Assembly (NCBI GenBank): GCA_051362555.1
Contig: CM120647.1
Span: 10,292,001 to 10,356,000, forward strand
Reading direction: 5' to 3'
DNA: 64,000 bases
DNA from: Lingula anatina
Lineage: Eukaryota; Animalia; Brachiopoda
The notes under the pieces are model-generated. The model was not told where the DNA came from. It ran no database searches and worked only from the letters and a program-made list of their open reading frames with translations. A program made the position numbers and the translations under genes. Positions 36,851 through 50,292 of this stretch are shown here, one piece after another; the stretch's first letter is position 1, and each line of letters starts with the position of its first letter.

Positions 36851-39800
36851 CTGACTTCAAACCATCTAGCACTTACATGTATGCTATAATGCAGACAGAT
36901 TGAAAATCAAGGTGGTCTTTCCTCCCAAACCTAAGTCATATGCCTGATATTGAGAATAAACCATTTTGGTCCAGCATTTACTTCTTAAATCTAAATGACA
37001 TCAAATGTATTATGGAATATGGTACTGGTGGCATATTGTGATTTCAACTTGATTTTAAACCAGTGTGTTGTTAGATTTTGTAAGATCACCAGTTGCAGTT
37101 TTGTGACTTTGTTACAGCATAAAATTCTGTATTTGGCAAATGACTGCATGTCATTTCTTTTAAGACCTACAAAAATGGTTTGAGTGAACACTTGTGCCTG
37201 TATTCAATTCTCCACTCAGCCATTATTTAGAATTCATGCAGGGAAGCTATGCCAGTATTTTTTAAAGAAATATTTATACCTTTCTATTTATTCCCTGCAC
37301 ATCTTGGAAAAGTATGTGTGAATATCTTACTGATGAAACAATTTATGTTTGTGTAAGTTGGGTTGGTCCTTTCTTATGACACATCCCTTTGCATGGAGAC
37401 AGCTCACATGAGTCAATACACTGACAGAGAGGGGGATAATTTGTTGATCTGCAATCCTCATGGGTCTGCATGTACATCAGACTCTTAACATGATAGCCTG
37501 GCTATTAATAAGTCTCTCTCAAAAATGTTATCATACTATAATGTGTACTGCACAATGTGAAAGTTTGTGAATGCTTGAATAGAAGGCTTATTTATGAAGA
37601 TGGCATTAATGAGTATGAAAATAATTATGCATTCTAGCTTACAGAATCTGTGTATGTCTTATTCATTACATGTGACAGGTAATAATAAAGATGATTTGGC
37701 CAAATTCCAAACTTATGTAGCAAACTTTGTTTATTCTTGTATTTTTGCCAAATATAAATAAAAGATGTTTCAATATTTAAACTTTTATTTCATTCATAAT
37801 CTCTACCCAGTTAATGCTTCATTGATACTGCAGCTTATGCTTTGTACATAACAATATGTTAATTAATAATAACAGTTGGATAGTACATGTTAATTTACTA
37901 AAGGGCTAGTTCTTAGAAAAACATGTTCGACATTAAAATATATTCTAAAAAAGTTTTCAAGTATTGCATTAGAATTGAATCTTTGGATGAATTTGACAAA
38001 ATTATACAATTATTGAAGAGTTGACAATGCACAGAAAATAAAGGCCTTGAGGCTCTTGCTGATCTCAGTCTTGTCACTTTAAATACATGTACATGGGCAT
38101 TATAATATAAAACTGTTCACTCGGTTTTGGTAAAAGGTGGTGGATCATGTGGTCATCGCTGCAAATTTTTTGTAGCAGTCTTTTACACAACTTGTCACAC
38201 CGACATTGAAGTGATGCAGTATTGTAAGATTGGAGTGCTTCCTGGTATGAGTTTTCCAGACATAACTTGAGGCACTGTAATAGTAAAATTACATAAAATG
38301 GTTATAAAGAAAAAAAATGTATTGATATTATCATAACAGCACTATTCTTTAACAAAAATCAACAAATTAGAGGGCATGATCACTACATGATAACCAGCTT
38401 ATTATAAAGAAGCAAGTCTGATTATGGCAAAAAAAAAAAAAAAAAAAAAATTAAATTTAAATATCTGCAGCTGCATTAAATCATTAAGGCCACAAGAAGA
38501 AATAACATAATCACACATGGTTTCAAAGAACTGATGTAAAAAAATCACACTAATATTCCCCACTTGGAATTAGAATTTTGACTAGCTAATTTACTACAGT
38601 AAAGTGCTAAACCGTACCAAATGGCACTGTTCACCCTCTAAAAAGTTTTGAGCAGGCCCAGGACCCCACGCCAACTAGGGGGGGTCGGCTTTGCATCCGC
38701 GGACCCCCCCCCCCCTTTCAAATAATCCTGGATCCGCCCATGTTATACTGCTAAAATTATTAACATACCTGATCTCTTCACTCGTGCTTGAAGGGGTGTA
38801 TCACCCAATTCCTCCTCTGAAAGGCTAAAAAATCATTCCTTATAATCATATTCATTGACAATATTATTAAATTTACAAATAAGCTAACGTAGTTACGTGC
38901 CGTACAAAGAACACCCTCTAACCCCACTAGTACTCGAGTTACATTGTATATCTCATAGGATTTCCCTGCGAGAATATGGTGTGAGGTTAGTCTGTAAGTA
39001 CTGGTAGATGACCACATTGAGCAGAAAAGGGTATTCCTCCTGCTTTACAGAACTATACACCTCAGGGGTAAAGTGCACTATCTCGCTTCATATAACTAGT
39101 AGTACGTACCCAGTGCGAGTGATTTGGCTGCGAGTGCGTTACCCGAGGAAACGTTAATTATTAGCAGTTATCTACGCTTTTTAACTTCCTCTGCCAGAAA
39201 ATTTGATTTCCACTGCCATCTTCCCATTTTAAAGTACTTTTGGTAAATATAACTCGCTTACCTGCAAAGATTCGGTGAGCAATTCCTCTTCTCCTTCACG
39301 TCCACGCTCACCTTCGAAACGACATGCTGTCTGCATTGTTTACATCTCGTATCTGAGTCGAGAAGCCGCGTTATTTCAAACTGTGTCAAGATGGCTGACG
39401 CCCGGGGTGCGAAAGTGGACGGTGAATATGATTCTTTTTTTCGATATTGATTAAGGCCATTTACCTGCCATTTTATGCTTAACCCATAGCAATTGTTCTC
39501 AGATAAGTTAAAAAAGAAGCAATCCATGCACTAAAAAGGCGTTTTTAATCCTATTTTTTGTCCCTTTAATGTTTGTTTTAATTTGAACTAAAGAAGGCGT
39601 GGGAGCAAGCCTAGGTTTGATGTTTTGCCAGTTTTAAATTGAACAATTAAAAGAGAGAATGCAAACTTTTCTAATCATTCACATGTTGTGAAATACACTC
39701 AAAAACAAATGATCAACAAACATTTCACTGATCAACTTAGGGACGTTCTGTTGATTAAGTTTTGGCAGTTCAAAAACATTTTATTTTTGCCTTTTATATT

Positions 39801-42800
39801 TACTTCAAAGCATATTTATTGCATATTTTCCCTCTCACATCTCATCTAGCTCTCAAAAAGATAATGCCCTAACAGTCCTCACCGAGTCCTTGAGAGTAAC
39901 AAAAGACGCAAAAACCTTCACCTTGTCTCAATGGGAGCATTGTTCACATGTGTAACAATCCTTAGAGTTGATAAACTTGTTCAGTGTTTGAGTTATAACT
40001 GTAACCTCTGTATGTGTGTGCGACTGTGTGGTACGGGCCAATAGTGACAGTGATCAAACAGTACGATTGCATAAACTGTCATTAGAGCGGTGTTGAATTG
40101 TTCCCCACAGAAATTTTCTTCATTCAGTGACTGTTTGTTGCAAATATATTGGCAAACACCAAAGTTTGAATCAATAGATGTGTGACTGACACTTCAGCAC
40201 AGGCGGAAATGGGGGTTGGGGGTTGAGGTTGGTGTCTGGAATTGGGGTTGTGTACTGTTTTTAAAAGCTCACAATTCATAATTTGGAATTAAATACAGTT
40301 ACGACAGTATGTTACAGACTCAAAGAACAAACGTGCAAAACTTACACGCAAGGCCTATTCATTATTATTACTATTATTATATCTTTTAACTTCCTATATA
40401 TTATCACAGTTTCCAGTTTTCACTGAGTGAGGCAGGACAGGTTATGGACTATTTTTGTTTCTAACAGTCCATACATTGAAGGCATTGAATCCTGGTAATA
40501 ATCTTGTTCATGACTTCCACCATCAGCTGATGCCTTCTGAAGGGGGTTCATTCACGAGATATAGATCCAGCTTCTTTGCCATTGCTCAAGTTGGGCCAAA
40601 CAAGAGGGTAAAAAGATCCCCTTTTCAGTAAAAAAAAGAAGGAAAATAAAACCCTTTGAAATTACAGGTTACAGGTATCTAAAACTGTGAAATATTATTT
40701 TCTTGCCCTCCAACCACCTCCATCCAAGTCCAAAGACTGAAAGACATCTTACTTTATACAAAAGCCATGTACAGACTATTTTCAATAAAAGTATTTCTCC
40801 AGACAATTTTGTGTACATTTCTGTACTTTGCTAGACAGGAATTTTCTTGTGCAGCTCTAGATCTATTACATAACTCCATTGTGTTCAATCCACTCCAAGG
40901 ACATCCCAACACAATCACAAAGCGTTACGCTGTTCCGAAGAATATCTCATTTATTGCAAAATGTGTGGAAATTATAATTTAGTTTTATAATAAAATGAAA
41001 TGCAGGGTATATCTATCTTTGTAATGTTGCATGAAAAAGGTGGAATGCCATGCAAAATACAAAACTAAATAGATGCAAATAGAATCTAAATAAACTAAAT
41101 AGAAGCTGTATTTATATAATGTGGAATATTTGAAACTTTTAGTTCTCAACTAGTATTATTCCCTCGCAGGCATAGTCTCAAGAAAAGTTTCAAACTCCTC
41201 AATTTATCACCCATTTTTTCTGTCTAGTGTATGAGAGACTTTTACGTTCATGCATTAAGTGATCATTGCATTTCTATTTATTATATTTAGCTCTAGCATA
41301 ATCTTTGGTGGCCTTGATTTTTGCAGTACTGTAGCTACTGACTCAGGCTTTCCCCCAGTGAAACACCTCTTCTCACCTTCGTCAGGTGTTTAATTGGACT
41401 GCTGCCAAAGCCAACAGCACCTCTCTCTAAGCACGCTCTCTCGTTGTTCAGGTCTTTTCATAGAGATGACTTCACAAACTGTGTGCGTTTTTTTGTAGCA
41501 CGATGGAAAAACAAAGACGCCGTTGAATAGTAGTTTATGTACACGGGAAGGTGTATTAAGCGAAAGTGAATGAAAACTATAACCGACTTTGCCCAGTAAC
41601 TTTTGAATTGTGGCTTATCATGATAAGGATCAGTTTGGTTGCTGTACCCCCTGGCTTTGTACTGTTTATGTCTGTCTGCAGTGAAAGGAGGGGATTTTTG
41701 AAATGGAAAGGTGATTTGGAAGGAAAAGTCAGATGTGATACCTTGAGAGACAGGATGGAGTGGAAAACATTGACTTGTGAAAAAACAGTTTTTTTTTTCA
41801 AATTTTTATTGAAATAAGAAAATATTTACAAAAAAAAATAATAATAATAAAATAAAGATCATAAAATGTGTAGTTCAGATATCTTTCTGAAAGGTACATC
41901 ACCTTCTCACAATAGGTATTTATGAGTATGTCTTGCTTTTGAATACAACACAAAAAGTTGAAGCAGTTGCCATTTGTATGGGGAAATCCTTCAGTCTGAA
42001 AAGCTGGAACTTTCATGTTTGAACTGAGTCAATGTTCTGCATGAACATGTCTCCAGATTGAAGGAAAAGGAAAAACTCTGACACTTTTTAAATTTATTTC
42101 TATTGGTTTTTCTTTTTTTCTCAGAATTACAGCCAGTGCTTGCCCAAGAAAGATATTTGCGTTTTTAAACTTCCTGATTTCTTGATTTACTTCTTTTAAG
42201 ATATAAATACAATAATTAAAAGTTTAAGCAAGTTCACACAAAATAAATGTCAAAGCGATATAACCTATGACTGAATTTTGCTTGGGTGGCAAAAACTGAG
42301 AATGGTTTTATTTGAAGTGCTTTAGTTTAGCTGTTATATGTGTTTGATTTATGTGCCCAGGGTGTTTGCTTCTGATATGACAAAGAATGAGAAACCTCAT
42401 TTGCTGGGGTAGCTTACCTTAGGGCTTTATCCACATTTCTTGAACACAAACGGAATCATTATATTTATCGAAACCAAGATTTTACCAAGGGGGAAGGCAG
42501 ACATGTTGGCCATCAACAAATCTTTGGCCTTTAGACAATATATAATCAGTTGATTGCTTGACATCATGCTGCAGTATTTTAGATTGCCGTGGAGTTCGAA
42601 ATCGAGAAAAAAATTAGGTTAAGTTTAGTTTTTTCCAAAGCTATTATTAAATGTAATAAAATAAGGGAGAGCTAATTTCATGCCATGTTAGCATGACCAT
42701 GGGGACACCTTAAGTTAAACCATCCAGCCATCATGTGGAGGGCCACCTGCATCACCGCACAGTCAATACTTTCAAAGATGACTAAACTGCTTATGAATTA

Positions 42801-43556
42801 TTTTAGAAAAATGATGGCTTGGACTTTCTGAAATTATGTAGGCGTTATTATTACAGGTGATGATTTTGGACAGCCTGTACCCCAATCCTGAGAAAAGCCC
42901 TGATAAAAAAGCTATGACTGGTGCGTACCTGGCTCTTAACAAACCCATGACCTGACCTTAACGTCCCAAACCAGGGCTGTAGGAAAACATGTTGTCAACT
43001 TTGGACAAATATAATCTTGATTGTATTGTATTGTTTTGTTTGCTGACTTTCATGAAGCAGGCAAAGCCAGAGTAATCAAAAATTAGTAAACAAATCTATG
43101 GGGTCTGGGAGACTTTGATGTGAGGGGCTGAATCAGCTTTGAAAATATATATAGATTGATTTGATTTGATAAATGTGTTTTGGGGTTATTAATTGTTAAT
43201 TGAATGAGTTGTGCAAAATAACGTTGTTTTTTTTTCTTTTTTCTTTTTTTTTTTTTTTGTGCATGAGGATGATGTGTGTGTGTATATGTGTGTGTGTGGA
43301 GAGAGAGAGAGGGAAACTACCTTTTTCATTAGAAAAGAAAAAGTGAAGAGAGTGCAAAAAACTAACTGAACTATTAACAAAAGTAACAAATATTTAGGCA
43401 AATAATGTCAGCCCTCAACTTAGTAAGAGTTTGGGTATGATGATCCAATGTGTTACAGAAACTATTCAGTTGAAATTGAGCTTTTTATTAAAAATCCTAG
43501 AATATCTTTACTGGTAAATTATAGGTCTATAAAATGCTTCATCTTACCATCCCTAC

Positions 43557-43578
43557 CCCCCCCCCCCCCCCCCCCCCA

Positions 43579-43611
<33 letters not shown>

Positions 43612-43627
43612 ACCACCACCACCACCA
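43557..43627. repeat. Compound poly-C/(CA)n/(CCA)n simple repeat
   Basis: Direct read. Confidence 0.9.
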
Positions 43628-46600
43628 GTAAGTTTTTGGAAGCTGCTTTCAAAACACAATTTGAAGGATTTGACTTGTAAGTCACCTTTGTAATTGTACA
43701 TGCAGAAAAAAATCAGAATATAAAGTGATTAGGTAAACTAGGCCAAATGAAGAAACCGTAGCAGTACCAGTGTTTGAATGTTTAAATATTAGGACAGGAA
43801 ATGTCATCACAGGAAATTTAAATCTTATTTTTATCTCTTTTGGGAAGGAAATGCTTCATTTAATCAGAACTGCAGCTGCTGGAACAAAATCCAGATCTAG
43901 TGAAAGTTACATGTACGATGTGTTTAATTGGTTTGATTAGTATGTACTTTTTTTACAAAAAAGTTGGTAATTCGAATGACAGTTTTTATGATTCATATTT
44001 TTTTCTTTTTGTACTCAGTATGAATAATTTTCAATCTTTCTCTCTTTATTGATTTATTTATTTATTTAATGGTTGATTTATTTATTTATTTATTTTTTAT
44101 TTCTTTAGTCGTGTTTATGGAACATCAGACATTTGAATTAAAAAAAAAGTGGTAGATAATTGTAAAACTTGCTGCCAATCCTTTGAGAACAACAGGTCTA
44201 AAACCCTTACAGGGTCAAATTAATATAAAGATTTTCTTCCCCACAAATTGACTATCATTTGTTCATTAATTTTGCAGTATTGGCCTAGAGAACAGAAGAT
44301 AAAAGGAAAAAATTGAACGAGTTGCTAATAACGCGATTAACCTCTTCCGTCATCTCAAAGAGAGGGGTCTTGTTTAATTGTGTAACTGGACAAAGAGAGT
44401 TTTGACCAGACAAACGACTGTGTTCTGAGAACGTTGGGTCAGTTTCATCAACAAAAGATCACTCTCGTTTCTTTATTCTACTCATTATTGATATTGTTTC
44501 GCGTAATTATCACAAGGCGCAATGTCAAATCCCGTCCTTTTGTCACGCCAAATGAAGTATGAAAAAAATCGCACGTCTGGTCACATTCCAACACCACATA
44601 AAAAGGTCCGTGAAGTCTTTCAAGCTCTCACCGTTAGTTAACTTGTTCTGTGTAGTGTCACAGTGCTTGAGCTACATAATTAATTAACAAGACGAGGTTA
44701 CGAGGTTGAAAAGATTAGCAATGGGAATCGATGATGAACAATTGTGTGTGCTCTCTAGTATTCTTCAGCAGTGAGGCCCGTAAGGGGTGAAAGAACAGCT
44801 CCTGTTGCTTTATCAATGAGGGTTGATTGGGTATTCTGCAAAATGATATGTATTTTTATTTTCTAAAAATGCTTTGGATTATATTGATGTTAATGAGTGC
44901 TTGTGTAGGTGTTAGTTTCTATATCACTTAATTTAACATTTTGTAAGCAAATGAACTGTTTTAGTCAAGTGAGGCATTGATCAAAAAGACTATCAATTGT
45001 TGTTGGTAAATATTAAGTAGCAAACAAATATGAAATGTGTCTTTCGGTAATATGTTTCGATAGATTTTTGTATCATTGTACAGTTAATTGTTTTCCTGGG
45101 AGATATTCTGCCTGGTCTGACTCATGCCTCATGTAGCCATGTCTCAGTCAGTCTGATATTACAAGATTTTAATATCTTGAATATTTTTTTACTCATTTTA
45201 AATGTTTATTTAAAGTGATTTTAATTTTTAAAAAACCTAAACTTCATTTTAACACTGTCGCATTTTAACACTTTGCACTCGATATATGTTGTATATAGGT
45301 ATTGCATAGAGAGTGCAACTAAACTCTTATTGTTATTTATGTTCCATCATCTTTACTCAGTCATGGAACTATTTGAAATAAATAAATATATGTTTTATAT
45401 TTTGATATATTAACACAATTAGTTTGTTAAAAGTCTGTGTTTGGTTTTATTTTCTTTATTTCACAGATGTTGTAATTGTTCTCAGTCATCGGATTGGCTT
45501 TCTGTGGTCAGTTCATCTCTTTAAAACAATCCATTTAAAAGAATTGTCTAGAATTCTATTGCCCCTACTTCACTGAAACAGAGCTGTTTCTTATAACTTT
45601 AACTTTACCATAATTTCACCAACAAAAAGTAAACGCATTAAAATTTAACAGCACAAATTAAGTAAACAGTATTGAAGTTCTGTCACCCCCTGTTCTGGCC
45701 CCAGTAATTTTCCAGTATCATCTGTGTGGAAAATTAATTAATATTATATTATGTTGGCCAATAGTAGTTGTGAAGTCGAACACAATGCCAGTCAATAATA
45801 TTGATGGAGAAAGAATTCCAAGTCAGCTGGTGGAGGGCCAGATGTTGATGTCTCTGGTGGGAAATTAGAAGGAATTCCTTGTGTTAATTTGCTTGTTTTT
45901 ATTAGTCATCATATGTTCTGGTTTTTGAATTTGTGTACTGTGTGTGTTTGTTTGTGTGTAATAATAATAATAATAACAGTGATGATGATGTATATTCTTG
46001 CAACTAAAAGTGTGGTTTTACGTGCAAGTTTTTTTAAAGAGTGATAAAAGCAATTAATACCCATTTCATGTGTGAGGGAGTTTTTTATGACATTTATATT
46101 ATCACTAAAGATTACCTAGAGTTAAAATTTGAATTGTTTAAGCATTCTATCATTTATCCCTTGATAAAAACAGTTACCTGTGAGGAATATCTGTGGTGTT
46201 TTGAATAGATGAAAAAAATATGAATAACATTTTTTTTTTGTGTGGGGGAAGGAGTGTATTTAAAGGGCAGCTAAAATATGTTTGAATATTTTTCTGTCAA
46301 CATTTTGCCAACTGTATCTGAAAGAAAAGCATATTATGAAGCAGTTCATATATAAGCACCTTTAAAAATAATTGCTGCCACCTGTTCTTTCTCTACCTGA
46401 AGACTTCAGGGTGTTCCCAGGTACAATATTTCCTCATACTATTTCCAATACATAGTTTTTGTTCAAGTTCCAAATGTTACGGGAAGTAAGGAGAGAATAG
46501 CAGATGGCAGATCTTTGTAGTATTCTAACTCTTCACATACTTTTAACATGCCCAAGGGAAAATAGAACTTCAATTCACTTTTCTTTGTTGGTCTGTACAT

Positions 46601-48602
46601 ATAGGCAGTCCACATGGTAATAGTTCAATGAAGTTGAACAAATTTAATTAATTGTACCTACCAATTTTTTTGTTGGTGATAACAGTGCAAATATTTCTTA
46701 ATCTTTGATGATGTGATAATTTTGTATGGCATCCTTATGTTAGTGACAAAAACAAAATTAGGTTTATAAAAATAAAATATTTGAATTAGTGAGGGATTCA
46801 AAATGTTTGAGTAATTACCATAGAATTACATTGATCTACTTAAGCAGGCAATGTTTGCCGTGTACTCAGTCAGTTTATTGGAACAAATTTTATTTATTGA
46901 CTTCTCAGTTTTTCTTCAGAATTGCCTGTTGAATCCATGGATTTTCTATTCTAATCTGCAGCAGACTGGGTTATTTTGATGTTCTTGGGGGCACTGCTCA
47001 ACCATTGCCACAGAGCACTTCTGGTTATGCATGTACCCCATCAAATCAACAGTTCTTGGAAGCAATGTGGGCAAATGCACCATACAGATATTTTTTGATG
47101 AAATTTAAAGAAAAAAAAAACTAGCTTGACCAGAATTTGCACTGTGCTAATGCTTTTGCAGTTGATTTTTTGTTTCAAAGCATGCAACATGCAGACATTT
47201 TTACAGTCAAATTTGAAGAGAAAATTTGGTTTCAAAAGTTTGCGTTTTTCAGGTTAAAGCATTTGACATTGTAGTATCTTTTGCCCCTTCACCCTCAGCA
47301 GACCCCCCTCTCCCATGTAATTTCATTAGTTGACCCCCATCCCCACCCCCTCTAGTCCCCACCTCCCTTTTTTCTCGTGACTTCTAGATGTAGTATATAA
47401 TACATTTCATCGTCAGCTCTCATCTGGTGTAAACACAATTCAATTAATTACCAGAACTTGTGAACTGCCTTGCATTTCCCAGAGGTTATTTTCTGTCAAT
47501 TTCTTGCAGATAAAGCAATAGATAAGTGATTATTTGTAGTCAGCTGTTAAAGGAATGTACTTAAGATTAACTACACCGAATTTCATTATTTCAGTAAAGC
47601 AAATGAAAAGCCATTTTTTTCTAGACTTTTTAGATGAACTTTTTTAATAGTGTCTTATGACTGGGATCATTTTTGAGTATCAGATAGAAAATTTAAAAAA
47701 CCAACCCTCGTCTTGTTTTTTATTTTGCTTTTATTATCGAAATTGAATAGTACATATAATAACAATTATTAAAAGTAAGTCTGATGGATTAAAAAGTTAC
47801 CATGTTCTACTGGATGCCCTCCTACTCCATTTATCTACTGATTTTTTTAAATTGGATTTATACTTTAAAATAGCCTATAAATGAATTAATAATTAATCTG
47901 ACTTTAGTATACTGTAAGTGCTGTTTTAATGTACATCCCTGGCAATTTTCATCACTATCTCTCCACAACTATCATTTACAATCCTCGATAGAAAATTATC
48001 ATCTTCTTAATAGCTAACCTTTTTAATAAATAGATAGGTAAGGTACGAAGTGATGGAGAGATTAAACAAATAACATAGTTTTCCCTCAGCCGGGGGTTGC
48101 TGCTAATGATGCATGTAACTATAACTATACTACTTATAATATTAATAATGATATAGCTAAGCTATGGATATTTTTGACCCCTTTATAATACAGTTAAGCT
48201 ACGAGACTACGATTTAACAAAGGGACTTTTGTAACCATGGCAAACTGCTTTGTAGATTTCACTAAAAATAAAGGCAGAAATCGTCCTCATCATTGTCATC
48301 AACCCCTAACCTGGATGTATAAATTTCAGTTGCCTTGGATAAAAAGTCACCTTGTCACCATGGTAACAATGGTTATTACGATGAGCATGATTTTTTTTAA
48401 TGTTCTAAGTTGTGCATAGTTATAATATTGTTAATTTTTTTTGTTCCTGTTAGATATTGATATAAGAGTCTAGTTACATCTAATTTTCGAAGCTGGTGTC
48501 TTAAATTTGTTTGTATACAAAGAGGTACAAACTAAATATAAGGCAGTAAATATTCTAGTCTACTGTAATAATTGTACTTGCAATGTGGCTATATAGCGAC
48601 TT

Positions 48603-48625
48603 AATAAAATGAAATAAAAATTAAA
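48603..48625 (+). terminator. Candidate plus-strand polyadenylation signal cluster
   Basis: AATAAA (48603), AATAAA (48613) and ATTAAA (48620), preceded by TGTA-rich UTR-like sequence. Could instead be the U-rich downstream element of the minus-strand RBM24 transcript. Confidence 0.3.
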
Positions 48626-48639
48626 AAATGGACGTTGAA

Positions 48640-50255
48640 CGTATTTAAGGTTTCAATATGCCTTACACGTATTTTTACAACATTTAAATATGTATAATAT
48701 TAAAAAGGACAACATAACATGGTTTTTATCAAATAATTTAGATAACAGAATCAACAGTACAGTTGTCTTACTTGCAATACGTACAGGTGGTAAAACGAAT
48801 CGAGCAAGGACATAATTATGCCTTCCCCATAGGTCATGTGACTACCACAAGGATATCACAGCCAATAAGAGCACTTGTTACATAAATCTACAAGGTACTC
48901 AAAATTTTATTCACATAGCAAGACATATGGTCAAGCATTAGGGACAATCGGTCAACTTGACCGTTAGTCACCCTGTGGTCATCACATGACGCTTGGTCAG
49001 CATGCTTTAATTAGGCCTCATCCACAAATGACTCTTCCACAGAGAAAGTACCATGGCAGTGTTTGTCACAGATGAACTTATTTCTGAACTGAGGCACGGT
49101 TATAAATATAATACAGATAGTGTGTTAAATGCTATCTCTATCTCAGTGCCTTATTTCTGGGGTTAATTTGTCCCAGTTTGTAAATTTTTGCCACCGTGAC
49201 ACACCAACAATAAACAAGATGGCTGCCAAATAGATCCTCCGTGAAAGTGAAAGTTGTGGTACCCTTACCCAAAATGGTGAAATGAGATTTCTTTTTCTCG
49301 TATTTCAAATGGAGCACCATTTTGCCTATGAATGATGTGCACTAGGGCGATGACGAACTTAAGACTAAACTAAACATAATAACCTCTGTATTAACAGAGG
49401 GTGGTCTGGGAAATGATAATAATAATAATAAAACTACGGTGTATGTACAGTGTAGTAGCACTTGTTACTAATAAAGCAAGGGCAAGCTTTCTGCCAATTC
49501 AATATAGACTTGTGAGCATCTTAGTAGTAATACAACAGATAATTCTTTTAGTTTCTGAAACAGAACAACTTTGTGTGTTATAAGCTTCCAAATTGTTCAA
49601 TGTCTTAGTTTTATCCAGTATAATATTGATTCAGGGTTGAGAGAGAAATTGCAAAACTGATGATAAATATAGATAATTTTAGAGTCTCTTTCTACAATAC
49701 TGACCCTTTTCCAAAAGAGGTGGATTGTAAGTTTAAAGAGATTACGGTTCTCAGAGTGCATAATTAGTCCATACTGCATTTGATCTTTAAATTATGAAAT
49801 AAAAAAATGATCGAAAAAAAAAGTAGCACTTTACATAATACAAATAATAATAATAACAACAAAGGTGAGGTGATGTGTATTGTACCAAATCAGAGATCAT
49901 TCTGTATTTTCTTGACATAAAACCGATTAAAAAAAAAAACAATCTTTTGGACGGATTCTTTAATGCATGATGCAGTAATAAGGATGTTATTTGTTAGAGT
50001 CTACCTCAGTCCTAAAAGTATGTGGAATGGCAAGGCTGTTATGACTGGTCTTAAGAGACAAAAAGAGACATAGCCAACTCGTATTCCAGCTTGAAGGAAT
50101 CAATAAAAGATTATATCATCCCAGCTCTGGAAGAAACAGTCGATACTTGTACAGATGTTCAGCACTTTGGGCAATGTTTGTTTCTCTTCCTCCCATTATA
50201 ACCATGGCAACAGCCCTGCCAATAAATCTGCCATTGTATCTACCAATGTTTTATA

Positions 50256-50292
<37 letters not shown>

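Larger units (their letters stand above)
34397..39565. mobile_element. Decayed Kolobok-type DNA transposon
   Basis: Flanked by TTAA on both sides (34393-34396, 39566-39569). Imperfect TIRs AAGGACACAAAAGAGGATT and AATCCTATTTTTTGTCCCT (16/19). CpG-rich promoter-like ends face inward (ACTTCCGG and TCTCGCGAGA at left; AAGATGGC at right); spliced transposase-like relics inside. Confidence 0.7.

Noticed and set aside
44278-44377. Plus-strand terminal coding exon after TTTTGCAG
   Set aside because: All three frames hit early stops on careful reading.
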